This document shows positions 23,738 to 37,782 of a stretch of 42,288 nt of DNA, in pieces. Source of the DNA: Octopus sinensis (taxonomy: Eukaryota); contig NW_021835025.1 of NCBI RefSeq assembly GCF_006345805.1, positions 1 through 42,288 of the forward strand. Direction: 5' to 3'. Each line of letters starts with the position of its first letter. Position 1 is the first letter of the stretch. A program made the translations under genes and the position numbers. A model generated the notes under the pieces. The model saw only the letters and a program-made list of their open reading frames with translations, made no database searches and was not told where the DNA came from.

Positions 23738-24345
23738 CAAAAGTTAAATTATTAATATAAAAAAACTTCTCTCGCCTAACAGTACTAAGCATTTCAAAAT
23801 AAATGACCTATATTGTAACTGCTCATCATACAATTTTAAATGAACGTAAAACTGACAATTTTCCTGGCGTTATTTTTTGCTCTTTTGTAATATCCAATTT
23901 CTTTTTTTACATATAACAATACTTCTACAGTTTTCTACACACACCCGATTGTCTTGAGACAAACATTAAGAAAACTAGTCGGAGAGCAAAAAAGACAGTA
24001 AATAATTTTAGAGAAATAAGTTCTTCTTTAACCCTAGATCAACTTCGATCTATCAGCTCTTTGGTTGGTCAAAAGTATTCCAGTCATGACCACCCATATT
24101 TTGTCTAAGTACGATGCAACCGTGGCCACATTATTCAAGGTGTCTTTTGTGTATGACGTAAGGTGATTTCAATGTGGCTACTGCTTTCTAGATTCCTATA
24201 TGTGTGTGTGTGTGAGAGTATATGTGTGTAAATATATATATGTATGCATGAATGTATATGTGTGTGTGTGTTTGCATGTGTGAAAGTATATGTGTGTGAA
24301 TATATATGTATATATATATATACATACATATATATATATATATAT

Positions 24346-24398
<53 letters not shown>

Positions 24399-24634
24399 AT
24401 TGCATGTTGCAAGAGGTAAATTTCATGTTTAAGCCATCTCACTTCACTTGTGTTGCTAATTAACTTGGAAAATGTTTGCCAACCACAATCATCACCACAT
24501 CTTATTTCTTTATTCACATTTACAAACCCAAAATAAAGCAAAGAAAATAAAAAACAGGGCATTTATGTATTTCTATAAAAGCAACAGCTATCCACATATC
24601 GTAGGACGGAAGCCATATTGGATTGTCTTTATAT

Positions 24635-24697
<63 letters not shown>

Positions 24698-25050
24698 TAA
24701 TTTTTTTTTTGTGAATTCTCTAATATCGAATACATTGTTGACAGAAAGTTTCATAACGGAAAGTAGCCATTAAAGCTAGAAGCTAGACACAGACTGCGTA
24801 AGAGAGCTACAGCGGTAGTCCTATATTATTGCAAAAACTTAGATGAATGATATGTAATTGCTAGTGAATAAATATTTGAGCCACAGAAGCGAAAGGAAAA
24901 ATAATTCTTTTCCTTTTCATAACGACCATCATTACTACCTTTCTACTATGTATGCTGCGAGACATATTACGGTTCTAATGTACGTCTAGCGATATGATAT
25001 GAAGCAACAGCAACAAGAGCCTAATGGATAAAATGCTTTGTTTGCAGTAT

Positions 25051-25445
25051 TTACTCTTTTACTTGTTTCAGTCATTTTGACTGTGGCCATGCTGGAGCAC
25101 CGCCTTTTCAGTCGAGCAAATCGACCCCCAGGACTTATTCTTTGTAAGCCTAGTACTTATTCTATCGGTCTCTTTTGCCGAACTACTAAGTTACGGGGAC
25201 ATAAACGCCCCAGCATCGGTTGTCAAGCGATGTTGGGGAGACAAAGACAGACAGACACACACACGCACACATACATATATACGACGGGCTTCTTTCAGTT
25301 TCCGTCTACCAAATCCACTCACAAGGCTTTGGTCGGCCCGAGGCTATAGTAGAAGACACTTGCTCAAGGTGCCTCGCAGTGGGACTGAACCCGGAACCAT
25401 GTGGTTCGTAAGCAAGCTACTTACCACACAACCACTCCTACGCCT
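25051..25445 (-). mobile_element. SINE family A, full composite copy with short internal microsatellite
   Basis: Collinear with other full copies. Confidence 0.94.
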
Positions 25446-26323
25446 ATGTGTACGCCCATTCAGTGTAAAATGGCGATGCCTGGTAAAACTGTTGGAATGA
25501 AGGTCGTAAGTTTCTGGGTTCGATTGGCAAACTAGGCTGTGCTTTGTATCCTTGATAAGGCATTTTATTATTTGTTAGTCAGGTCTACTTCCGAGTGGCA
25601 CCTTTCAGACTATGAGCTCCAAATCTTGCAACTGTGAAACGCCAACGGTCTTTGATAGCTACAAGACCCATAGAGGTTCTAAGTGCTTAAGACATTTTGG
25701 TGCTCCCACATATATGTAATTAAAAATATTAACAATAATAAAACATAACATACATTTTCATCTTTCAAAATGAAACAAAACTATCAGTAAGATGGAAAAT
25801 AATGTTTATTTTTGTATACTTCTACTTTATTCACATTTGAAAAGTTTTCTCCTACTTCTTTTTAATTGCAATGCTTTTGATCAAATCTCATTATGATACC
25901 ATCAACGCGAAATTATATTTAAAGTGATTCCTTTTTGTGCCGTAAACCATTTATTATTTCTGTGGTGCCATCCCTTCCTTTGATGCCCTTAGTACGTGCC
26001 TATTTTGCTTCATGGTTAATCCAGTGCTGCTTTGAACGATGAGTCTTGGCTACACAGTGTCTTAAAAAAAACGGCAGGATGACCATACATAAAATAACAT
26101 TGATCATAGGGTTGATTTGATCAAGGTCATTCTGTGGTTAAACAATAATGACAATGATATTGACTTTCGTTCTTGAATAGATTGCGACAAACATTTGTAT
26201 TCCAGTTGCTTCAGTCCGGTCAAGTTGACTAGGAGTTCATCCGGTGCAAAATGGCTCCTCGTAGACTTTCTAACCAAATTCATGCAGATACAAGGTTTCC
26301 TATTTTTTCTGGTATCGTTGAAA

Positions 26324-26357
<34 letters not shown>

Positions 26358-26364
26358 ACCTTAC

Positions 26365-27145
26365 TTGGAATGGAAATTATTGAGACCACAACACATGTTG
26401 GTTTGCAAGGTAAGACGACACTTTTTATTCTTGGAGCTGATCAGTGGCTTCACTGCAGGTGATCTTGCTTGTAGGTCATGTTCAACTAAACGACGAGACA
26501 CAGTTTTTCGAATAAGTTTTTCTTCCAGTACAATGCTCATATTGCCGAAAACACAGAAGCATTTTTAATCTGTCCTTTTTAACCAACTTTACCATAGCAC
26601 GATCTTCTCTCTTGGTCGTTTTTCTTGGCCTTCTTGTAGACTTTCTTGCTTCACACGAACCACAACCTTCGAAGACCTTAAGAATATCGTGAACAACACT
26701 TTTTGACTCGTTAACAATCTTTGCAATAGATCCAATACTTAAATTATCCTTCTTTCGAAGCTTAATAATCTGCTGACGAATTGGTAACGGAGTAAGTGGC
26801 ATTATATTAACAAAGTACACTGCAGATATTCTTACTAATGTTTAGTAAACGAACCATCACGTAAACAAATTCAAAACATTAGAGTTCGCCGGTTAAATAT
26901 ACTAAAACACGGAGTAAAAGCAACCGTTCTGATCATTTTGGCCGCCGTGGGTTTTGCAGTAAATCACTAAATCATCCATAACTTTTGTATTATCCTCTCA
27001 AATTACACCAAAATCTCAGACAATAACAATTAATATTGTATTTATTGTCTGTGAAAACTATAGCACATAAAACAACTTTGATAAAAGACTTATACCTACT
27101 TTTCTGGCAAAAACAATGCCGTTCTGAACATTTTGGCCGCAACTG
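26365..27145 (-). mobile_element. Tc1-family element, 5' half (IR/DR-type end plus DNA-binding domain)
   Basis: Terminus CAGTTGCGGCCAAAATGTTCAGAACGG next to (TA)n; inner repeat at 26924-26945 (21/22). Protein MPLTPLPIRQQIIKLRKKDNLSIGSIAKIVN..STRRPRKTTKREDR..RKTVSRRL..ARSPAVKPLIS. Confidence 0.88.
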
Positions 27146-27164
27146 TATATATATATATATATAT

Positions 27165-27283
27165 AAAACTACAAAATGGTACAAGAACGCAAAACATCTA
27201 GAAGACGATACAAAAAAACACGGACGGGCCATTCGAAGCCTTTAATCTTCAGTCAAGAACCGGATCATCCTCGCAATTTCGGC
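27165..27283 (-). repeat. Short dispersed repeat (family G), copy 2
   Basis: Reverse complement of 14341-14455. Confidence 0.88.
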
Positions 27284-27300
27284 TGATATATATATATATA

Positions 27301-27617
27301 TTGGGTTGAGGAATAATTCATCAGCGTTTTTTTTTTCAAATTTAAATAAGCACGTTGAAATATAATGCATTGGCAAAATGTTTTATGTTATTTGAAAGAG
27401 AATGTTTTGCTCTACTAGATAGCGTGTTTTCATTTTTTTATTTTATTGGTTTTTGTGTAAATGCAGATCATTAAAATGGAATGTCAAGTGGACAAAACAA
27501 CATTTTCGACACCGTTTGCTTTTTGCATCTAATCGAGGTGTTGAGCCCACCGAAGCTGCTCGTGAGATTTGTGCTGTGTATGGAGAAGAAACCATGCCTC
27601 AAAGTACCGCTCTTCGT
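27301..27617 (+). mobile_element. Second mariner relic: left TIR and N-terminal HTH
   Basis: TA + TTGGGTTGAGGAATAATTC; ATG at 27476 gives MECQVDK then, after a frameshift, HFRHRLLFASNRGVEPTEAAREICAVYGEETMPQSTALR. Confidence 0.82.
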
Positions 27618-27729
27618 CGAACTCAAATTTAAAATCGCCTTAAAAAAGTACAATTTAAACGAATTTTTTGACATAAAACTATAGATCGTTAAAAAAAGTT
27701 ACGGACGTATTTCATTCTCATATTCAATT

Positions 27730-29100
27730 ATTCAAGTTGATTTGTGGGAAATCTGTGCTTGGTGATTTTTGCTACGGTACAACGTTTTGATGTGTATATA
27801 ATAAACATACCGCCATTTTTTCACCAATGCTGCAGAGCCTCTCTCACTTTTTGGTTTTGGTGTTATTTAGGGCTGAAAATCCTAATACACACAAACAAAT
27901 AGAAAACTGTAGCAAAACCGATAAGGTATTTTTAGCTACTTCAGAGAATTCTTTTTGAATTGAAATCCAAAAATGTATTAATGGGAATCTCCGGGAAATG
28001 GTTGCTAATTCCTCTTCTTCGCATAATAGAAGCCCATTTTTAGAGAGATTATTTATGAAGGGATTTCGAATCCAGTCGTACTTTTCTGTGTTCAATAACA
28101 GAAAATAGCAGTCAATTTTTTTTTTTCAACGTTGTCAGATGATTAACCACAATAGAGAACATTTCTTTAATGCCGTTTATACGCATTAATGGAAACACAC
28201 AAAACTTGATTTTGCTCTGTTTTTCCAAATAACTTTCTTTAGAATAACTTTCTGCAGAAGCGAGGATATTTTCGTTTCTATGTTGCACATTACTGTTAAC
28301 AACATTGAATAAATATCTCCATAAAATATTTTAACTTAGGCATTCATAGTTCACACTGTAGATTTCTTTGTGTTTCTCTTTATCAAAAAATGCTATTAAC
28401 TCTTTCTGTAGTTCATGAAAGCTATCGAACTTCTGTATGCAGGAGTAATCGAAAGTGCTGAGAATCCATTTCTTTGCTTAGTCGTTCAAATAGTCTTGAC
28501 TTCAAAGGTCTACTTTTAATATAATTGACGGTTTCAACTATACGCTGTAACACTTTTTTTAAACAAGTGTAATATCTTTGAAGCTAGAACCTCTGTTAAA
28601 AACAATGACTACAAACAATATTTAGATTTTTTTTCTCCAAGCGATACAAAAAAACTTTTAATAGAGCCTATCATATATGGTACGCAATCGGGAGAAATGC
28701 CAACAAGATTTCCACGATAAATTTATTTTTTAACGATTTCTAGTTAAAATATCAAAAAGATCTTGACCTCTTGTAGTTGTTGGTATTTTTTTGCAACAAA
28801 ATCTAATTGATTATTTTATCTCCATCAATAAAACCAATAAATGTCAGCAATTGAACACTGTTACTGATATCAGTGGATTCATCAAGCATCAATACACATT
28901 TAAATTCCTGAAGTTCTTTTTGGAATTTTCTTCAATAACTTCTGATAAATTTAGAATTCTATATATTGTATCGTTTGAAAGAATTGAAAAAAAATCTTCA
29001 GCTTTTTCTTCCAACATGGTTTCAAGTATCATTTTAGAAGCTGGCGGGATAATTGATTCACCTAGAGAGTGAGATTTGGATTTTATCATTATTTCAGTTA
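27730..29100 (-). pseudogene. Decayed hAT Buster/Charlie-type transposase (FAM200/ZBED5-like family)
   Basis: KSHSLGESIIPPASK, SNDTI, LDESTDIS, PTTTRGQDLFDIL, NYIKSRPLKSRLF, LLLHTEVR*LS, DWIRNPF, VLLQFS..LGFSAL..KTKK and NHQAQISH in order, with stops and frameshifts; cut by a SINE near 29105. Confidence 0.9.
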
Positions 29101-29105
29101 CCTTT

Positions 29106-29501
29106 AAGGCAATGAGCTGGCAGAAACGTTAGCACGCCGGGCGAAATGCGTAGCCGTATTTCGTCTGCCGTTATGTTCTGAGTTCAAAATCCGCCGAGGT
29201 CGACTTTGCCTTTCATCCTTTCGGGGTCGATTAAATAAGTACCAGTTACGCACTGGGGTCGATATAATCAACTTAATCCGTTGGTCTGTCTTTGTTTGTC
29301 CTCTCTGTGTTTAGCCCCTTGTGGGTAGTAAAGAAATAGGTATTTTGTCCGTCTTTACGTTCTGAGTTCAAATTCTGCCGATCTCGATTTTGCTTTTCAT
29401 CCTTTCGGGGTTGATTAAATAAGTACCAGTAACGCACTGGGATCGATGTAATCGACTATCCCCCTCCCCAAATTCCAGGCTTTGTGCCTATTGTAGAAAG
29501 G

Positions 29502-29538
<37 letters not shown>

Positions 29539-29562
29539 TATTATTATTATTATTATTATTAT
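29106..29562 (+). mobile_element. SINE family B, dimeric form with (ATT)n tail
   Basis: Two tandem GAGTTCAAA..CCTTTCATCCTTTCGGGG..GATGTAATCGACT modules. Confidence 0.93.
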
Positions 29563-29563
29563 T

Positions 29564-29968
29564 AAGGCGGTGAGCTGGCAGAAACGTTAGCACGCCGGGC
29601 GAAATGCTTAGCGTTATTTCGTCTGCCGCTACGTTCTGAGTTCAAATCCCGCCGAGGTCGACTTTGCCTTTCATCCTTTCGGGGTCGATAAATTAAGTAC
29701 CAGTTACGCACTGGGGTCGATGTAATCGACTTAATCCGTTTGTCTGTCCTTGTTTGTTCCCTCTGTGTTTAGCCCTTTGCGGGTAGTAAACAAAGAGGTA
29801 TTTCGCCCGTCGCTACGTTCTGATTTCAAATTCCGCCGAGGTTGACTTTACCTTTCATCCTTTCGGGGTCAATAAATTAAGTACCAGTTGCATACTGTGG
29901 GCGATCTAATCGACTGCCCCCCCCACCCTTCCCACCAAATTTCAAGCCTTGTGCCTATAGTAGAAAAG

Positions 29969-30007
<39 letters not shown>
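29564..30007 (+). mobile_element. SINE family B, dimeric form with (ATC)n tail
   Basis: Head-to-tail with the previous copy, same dimeric layout. Confidence 0.93.
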
Positions 30008-30009
<2 letters not shown>

Positions 30010-30352
30010 TATTATTATTATTGAGTGAGAGAGCAGTTCATGCCATCAAAGTGACACTGGGGTAAAATATACGAAACCCAATATACCCATCATGACTACC
30101 CGTCTGATAAAGGTACACCAGGCACATGCATCACAACCATATGTGCGCGACATGGTGATCTCATATCAAGATAAACAGCACATGACCTTGCAGGTGGGGC
30201 CCAGTTAGAATTTTCTTCAGTTGAGTAGCCCATCCCGCTCAAAAGGTCCCTGATAAGGGTTGTTTAAGGATGTTGAAGAACCACCCTGTTTCCAGAGGTG
30301 AATTATTCAAACCCCAAAGAATCCCTCTCAACACATGGCTATGATGCTCCCC
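30008..30352 (-). mobile_element. 5'-truncated non-LTR retroelement 3' end (family F) with (AAT)n tail
   Basis: GC-balanced segment ending (minus) ..CTGCTCTCTCACTC(AAT)n, tail-to-tail with the SINE B copy; recalled as an abundant octopus repeat, unverified. Confidence 0.55.
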
Positions 30353-30559
30353 AGTTTTTACTTTTTTTCCACTTTTTTGTTTCTAGAAACAAACTGAATA
30401 TCGTGATTGGCTGCAGTAATTACTCATTCATTTCTTTTATTACCATATATAGAATATAATTTAGCCGAAACTTCTGTGAAAGAATTGTTTGCAAGTGTGT
30501 GGAATACATTTTTTTCTTAACAAATAATATGAAAAATAGACATGTACTGACGATATTTA

Positions 30560-30824
30560 AAAATAAAATATAATAAAAGCGCCCTTTTAAAGCCTAGCCA
30601 GGCTCGTGGGCCCGGTTTCCCGGTTTCAATGGCTTATGTGTTCCCCAGCTGGACGGGACGCCAGTCTATCGCAGCGTTACTCATTTTTGCCAGCTGAGTG
30701 GACTGAAGCAACGTGAAATGAAGTGTTTTGCTCAAGAACACAACGCGTCGCCCGGTCCAAAGAATCGAAACCACAATCTTGCGATCATGATGCTGACACC
30801 CTAACCACTAAGCCACGCGCCTCC
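30560..30824 (-). mobile_element. SINE family C, full length
   Basis: Matches 10042-10234; possible TSD TGACGA(T/C)ATTT at 30548-30558 and 30828-30838. Confidence 0.9.
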
Positions 30825-31289
30825 ACATGACGACATTTCACAAAACTTAATTATGACTAATTAAAAGTGAATTTATTTTTTATTCTTTTATAATATACAA
30901 GTGGAAATTCAGCAAAAATTGCACTCATTTTAAACGTATCCGTTTCCTAGTTTACTATTTGTATGTGACCTAAACCCAAATTTTAGACTCCATTTTCTGT
31001 ATTCCTGTAATTTCCAGGTGTGTGGTGAAATGTTGCGCGGCACATCAGATGGAATCTCTGGACCGTTTAAACATCACTGCACTAAACTAACTTATTTAGC
31101 TTACATTTAAACCCACTACTGGTACACGCCAGGATTTCTCTGTTGGTAGCATATATTTCTGTATGAAAAATAACCGTAAGAATAATCAAATCAGTGAAGT
31201 AGACTCTACTTTGCAGCTCGACTTGACAGAAATAGCAACCGAATTTCTCCCAATTCTCACCATTGTGTTGGTCCACATTACTCCGTGAG

Positions 31290-31432
31290 GAGCATAGGAC
31301 GGGTTTCTCGGTTTTGGGATGCCAGTCCATCGCAGGATTACTCATTTTTACCAGTGGCCTGGAGCAACGGGAAATGAAGTGTTTTACTCAAGAACACAAC
31401 GAATGATCATGCGTCCTACATCCTAACCACTA
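31290..31432 (-). mobile_element. SINE family C, partial and diverged
   Basis: GCCAGTCCATCGCAG..GAAATGAAGTGTTTT.CTCAAGAACACAAC. Confidence 0.8.
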
Positions 31433-31879
31433 AGCTTAGATAATAGCGCTTTCATATAGTTATTTTCAAATAGTTCTTTTCATATCTTGGTTGTATTGTA
31501 GAAATCATCGCAGTACTTTGATTGCTGGTACTTCAACTGTACTCTGGAAGGGTGACAAGCGAAATGGACATCGATAGGATTTTGAACTGATATCAGAAAT
31601 GGCAGTAAATAAATATCACAGGTATTTTTATCTGATGCTTTAACGATTCTACTGAAGATATCCCGAATTAATAACGTAAAAGAGCCGGAGTGAATACCAC
31701 AAGGCCCTACTAGTTCCATATAAAAATACTTAAGACAAAATGGGATTGTCGTTGTTGCAATACTTTAGATCTAGATCTGGTTGATCAGGGCACACCTAAT
31801 GGAAATTATCAGTAACAATAACAACAACAACGACTACGATGATAAAGAGAACAACTCGTAATAATTTGAGACAATAAAG

Positions 31880-32090
31880 AGCAAGCTGGCTGACTCGTTA
31901 AGTACACCGGGAAAAAATGCTTACTGGGATTTCGTCCGTGTGTACGTTCCGAGTTCAAATTCTGCTGTGGTCGACTTTGCCTTTCATAATTTGTGGATCG
32001 ATAAAATAAGTACCAGCTGAATACTGGGGTCGATGTAATCAACTTGACCCCTCCTTTGAAATTGTTTGCCTTGTACCAAAAATTTGAAGC
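31880..32090 (+). mobile_element. SINE family B, diverged
   Basis: GAGTTCAAATTCTGC..GTCGACTTTGCCTTTCAT..TAAGTACCAG..GGGGTCGATGTAATC. Confidence 0.85.
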
Positions 32091-32120
32091 CAACAAGTTA
32101 AGACAGCGCAGGAACTTCTA

Positions 32121-32351
32121 AGGCGGCGACCTGGCAGAAAAGTTAGCACGCCGGGCGAAATGCTAAGCGGTATTTCGTCTGCCGCTACGTTCTGAGTTCA
32201 AATTCCGCCGAGGTCGACTTTGCCTTTCATCCTTTCGGGGTCGATAAATTAAGTACCAGTTACGCACTGGGGTCGATGTAATCGACTTAATACCTATGTC
32301 TGTCCTTGTTTGTCTCCTCTGTGTTTAGCCCCTTGTGGGTAATAAAGAAAT
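32121..32351 (+). mobile_element. SINE family B, young monomer with 11-bp TSD
   Basis: AGGAACTTCTA at 32110-32120 and 32352-32362. Confidence 0.96.
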
Positions 32352-32418
32352 AGGAACTTCTACGTGACTGCCCGATCTGCTAACGATAAGCAACTAAATT
32401 ACACCCAAGAATCTAAAG

Positions 32419-32615
32419 CAGTGATTCTCAACCAGGGTCCACGTGAGCCTTTGGGGTTTATATAAGATTTCGTTGTTAGAATTTATGTGCAATAAATTGG
32501 TTATACTTCTGCGGTACACAAAATATAGCGGGATTTTTTAAAACATCGAATAACTATGGGGGTCCAGTCGAGTAAAACAGGAATCAAAGGGGCCTATAAG
32601 AAAAAAAAAAAAAAA
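32419..32615 (+). mobile_element. hAT (Charlie-like) MITE inserted in a family E repeat
   Basis: CAGTGATTCTCAACCAGGG start, left flank ATCTAAAG; same family as 4235-4356. Confidence 0.6.
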
Positions 32616-33415
32616 GGTCTAAAGAGAAAAAAAAAAAGGAAGGAGACGTTTGATAATGTGGTCCAAGACATACAAAATAAGATGAGATAGTCTCGGATGG
32701 AATGATTTTCATCATATGCCCAGTGGATCAGGAATAATCAGGGGCTGAGCAACTACAATAGCCATAGTACCAAAATTATAAATTATTGTACAGGTTTGAA
32801 TGAACAGATCTATGATCAAAGACAGTCCACTTACCCATATTTTGCATATCTAGAAATACATTTTTTAAAACTCCTGATAATTGGTAAAATTAAATTTAAG
32901 GGTTATTTTGTTTTTCTGTAACGACCATGTAACATTTTGTGAAAATTCACTGAATGAGGACGTTAATTCTCAAAAGCATGATCAAAGACAAACCAAAGTA
33001 CATTATATATATATAAAACATAGGCATACACACACACATATATACACATACATATACATATATATACATAACTTCAAATATATATAAATGTACATATACA
33101 TACATACACACATACATACATGATGAGATGAACGTATCCGACGTGTGTGTGTATAACTGAGTTATACACACACACACATATCCATGTACGTATATTCCAT
33201 ACTTGCACGCATACACTCTCATATACACACACACACACATACACACACACACACACATACACACAGAGGTTTGGTGATGTACACGGGGAAAATAGAACTC
33301 AAGACATGAGTATCGTACGTTGGCACTTATCAAAATTCGATAGTTGTTTTAGCACGAAACTCTAGACCTTTGAGTCACTCTGTTACTTCTGCCAATTATT
33401 AATGAAGCACGCACG

Positions 33416-33474
<59 letters not shown>

Positions 33475-35099
33475 TTAACACGTGTATAAATATGCGTATG
33501 AGTTTGTGTGCCTGGGTATCATAATTAATACACATACGTTTACATAAAAACGTCTCCTCCTCTCGTCTCCACGAACCAAAACACAAACACAGACAAACAT
33601 ATGCTTTATATCTACATCTGTAATCAAATATCCACATATACGTTTATAGAAGCATATCAATCATACTTTCAAACTAACATAGAGCAATACTGAGGTTCGT
33701 GTTAACACATTTAAAGCCGGGAGCGAGCATTAAAAAGCTATAAACATACATATAGAGCAAACCATTTTAGTGTTTTAATGAAATTGGAATGACTGCTAGG
33801 CAGATCAAAGATGCATACACGTACATAAATGCACAAATATGCACCGACCTACATACATGCACACTTACCTACATACGTACTTCCCCTCCCTCCCTCCTTA
33901 CCTATCTACCCACCATATGTACATGTACACACACACGCGCGCGCGCGCGCGTACATACGTTTTATAATTGATGCTATTTGAAATAAAGTTTCTACTTCTT
34001 CCAAACATTTTAATGAGCAGCTGTCACAGACGGAAAATGAATAAAATATGTGTATAACGATGTTGCAAACATTTATCAAACAATTTATTTATCGTTTCAT
34101 TCAATTTAAAAACGTAAAACGACATCTTTGCCCGATAATACTTTAACTTTCTAACTCAATTTTCAACGTCGGCGACCGAACCGGATTTAGCAATATCTAT
34201 CTTTTTAATGTTCATATTTTTGTCATTTTGCGTAATAACTCTATCTTTATTGCATTTTGTTTCTGTATGTAAAATATCTACGTACATTAATATATTTAAA
34301 CGAAGTCAATCTACTGCACTATAAATAATAATAGCTGGGAGGAAATTATGATATCGTATGTTTATCTTACTTAACTTTTTTTTTTTTTCCGGAGCCGCGT
34401 AACCAGTTATGTTGCTTTTAGCCTTCCGTAGCATGAACCTGCCTGCTGCTGAGAGAATATCGTTAGAAGTAACTTTATTTTTGTTCCTCTTTGGTGATAG
34501 TCAGAGTAAGACATTCAGTCCCGAAAATTGCGCGAATCTACGCATTAAACGCGCGAAAGCTTGACAGGGTCGCCACATGAGTAATTTACAGTTCTGATGA
34601 TACACGTCACTGTTTTCTTGTAATATTTTTTCGCGGAATTTTTTTTATATTTTTATCTCACTCTCTCTCTCTTTCTCACCCTACTCGCTTTTTTTTTTAA
34701 AGAGGTGTTTTATCTGGCAGTAATCGTTATTATAAACGTGTTAATTAATATACAAAGAGGAAGAAAATAAAGAAACCGTTTTCGTTCTATATCATACTTA
34801 GTTTACATGAAAGACGAAATTTAAAAGAAAGCGGGCTTCTATTAAAACACACACACACACACACACTACAGACATATACAATATGCATACTCACACACGC
34901 ACCCACAAAACTAACCTTTTATCGGCTTGACCTTTTTTTTTTTAAACTTAGCAAGTGGCTTTAACTTAATCTGTTTATTGTGTTTTGCTCCTGTGTACTT
35001 GTAACTTCAACAATACACGAAGCTATTTTTGTTTGTTTTTATGTGTGAATACGTATTGGATTCTTGTGAATGTCACTTCGAAACACGTAATTCTATCTA

Positions 35100-35186
<87 letters not shown>

Positions 35187-36619
35187 TTTCGTTATGACAC
35201 ACACACACTCACACACGCACACACCATTTTCTGTATCTATTTATTTAGTTTTCCTTATAATTTCCACATTATATTTCAACACATTTTCTTAATAAAAATA
35301 TACTTCCGAATAACTAATATATTTTTTTATACTGTCAAACATGTACAAAGAATCGTTGTTCGACTAAAAGAAGAAGAAGAAAAAAAAATGCTTAAAAAAA
35401 TTAATTATTTAATTACAGAAAAGAAATTTAATTATTCAGAAGAGTAATTAATCTCTAGTTATTGTTTATTTCATGAAATTAATAACTTATAAATTCGAAA
35501 ATAGAATATAGAAAAAGGAAGAAAAAATACCCCCCCCCACACACACTAATAAAAATATTAAATCTGCCAGTTCACATTTAAAGTAGAATTTATCAAAGAG
35601 GAAGATGACAAAGATTTCTATGAAATTATATTTTCATTTACTCGAGTGCGTAGAAAGGATCCTTGGTCTTTTACGGAGTTTTGTAACCAGCATTTAAAAG
35701 TCGTGAAAACACATTTTAAAAAATTATACAAATATCTAATTTGTGTTTGGTTTTAATTAGTTTTGCATTAACTAACAACCAAAAAAACAATTTAAAAGCA
35801 ACTAACTACTAACTGATTTAATTCAACAATGTTTTATCTTCACGAATCAGATGTTAAATGCGTAGTATTAACCTAATATTTGTTCGAAGACAGAGAGAGA
35901 AATGCAGAAAGGGAGAAAGAGACCCATTGAAAAAGCGATGGTCGTTCACAAGCAGTAAGTAGAAAGAGTGTTGTGAGCAATATGCGATATAAAGATACCT
36001 ATTTATACTCTCGTATATTATCGATTCACCCCTTCACCCTTTTTTTTTTAATATATCGATTTCACGTTGGAAAGTTATCGGTTTATATCAAACATAAACA
36101 GAAGCTATGATTACGTACGACGCCCATTTTTTTTCAGTCGTCATTTTATGTTTATAAAAATCCTTAGAATCTAATTTCGATCAGCTACACGCGCATTCAC
36201 ACATTTCCTTTCTTTCTTTCTTTCTTTCTTTCTTTCACACACACACATTTATACACAGACAAAAGCATGTAGTATATCACATAAACAACGAAACTACGTA
36301 GTCACAACACATTCGTATACACACTTTCTCTCTCTCTCCTCTCACACACACACACACAGGCACACACCCCCACACACTATTTCTCTCCTATACACACTCT
36401 CTCTTTTTCTCCCTCTGTCTTTCACGTTCGCACAAAAACGTTGCACATACAGATAAGAGCAGCCAGCGATACATACCTACACAACCACAAAACCACACAT
36501 ATCCACATAAACTCACATTCACTTTCTCCTCTCGCACACACAGACACACAAATTGCGGACGAGCGCAAAGTGTGACATAGTTACAACACGTTTCTGGTAA
36601 TTACACAGTCACGCATTCA

Positions 36620-36688
36620 ATTGTGCACGCGTACAGACACACACCACACACACACACACACACACACGAATATACGTTTGTTCATGTG

Positions 36689-36769
<81 letters not shown>

Positions 36770-36821
36770 TCTCGCACTTTTTCTCTCACTATCTCTCCCT
36801 TTCTTCTCTCCCTCTATATAA

Positions 36822-36875
<54 letters not shown>

Positions 36876-37743
36876 CATTCATACACGCTAAAACATACGG
36901 CTTTCACGCACACACACACACCTACACACGAGAATGTACAGAAAGACATTATCACTTAAACAATGCAACACAGTCATATAAGCATATTATGCAATCTAGA
37001 CGCACAAACACATGTGCGTATGCATGTATGCTTATGTATATATATATATATATATTATATATACTTTATTTAAAAGCAGAGAAATTAACAAAAGCGTTAC
37101 TTTTACTTACTCGGGGTAAATTTCTGCTGCTTTTAAGAAAGCATATTATTCTACCTCTGGTATTTGAGTACTCATTTTTCCAACCTTGTTTCACATTTAT
37201 GTGTTTACTCCTATATATATATATATATATATTATAATATATATATATATTATATATATATATAAGTGTATATATATATTATATGTATATATGTATATAT
37301 GCGTGCGTGTGTGTCATTGGCTCTACATATTTGTGTGTGTGTGCGCGCGCGTATTCACACACATATTTATATTAATACATACACACGCATAACCCCCCTC
37401 TCTTCTCTCCCTATATATATATATATGTGTGTGTGTGTTATATAGTGTATGTATATTATAATATATATATAATATATTATATATATATATATTATGATAT
37501 ATATATATAATATATATAGTATAGATAGATAGATGCATACACACGTCCACACATACTGAACACGCGCCCGTACAAGCATTCACTATGAAACGTAATTAAA
37601 ACGAATGAGAGAGGCAGCGGCTAATTATTCGCTCAGTTCAACACCACAACACACACGCAATCGCATACACACACACACACACACACACACCACAAATACA
37701 CACAAACACACATGTACACACAGACTCACATATATACATACTC

Positions 37744-37782
<39 letters not shown>

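Noticed and set aside
25650-26029. Possible hAT MITE ending GGTTAATCCAGTGCTG
   Set aside because: Only one plausible TIR; the left end and TSD could not be identified.
29106-30007. Regularly repeated units resembling a CRISPR or tandem array
   Set aside because: They are tandem dimeric SINEs in a eukaryotic genome; no repeat-spacer structure or cas genes.
35562-35735. 57-codon stop-free frame FTFKVEFIKEEDDKDFYEII..
   Set aside because: No start codon, weak acceptor, no clear donor and no recognisable family.
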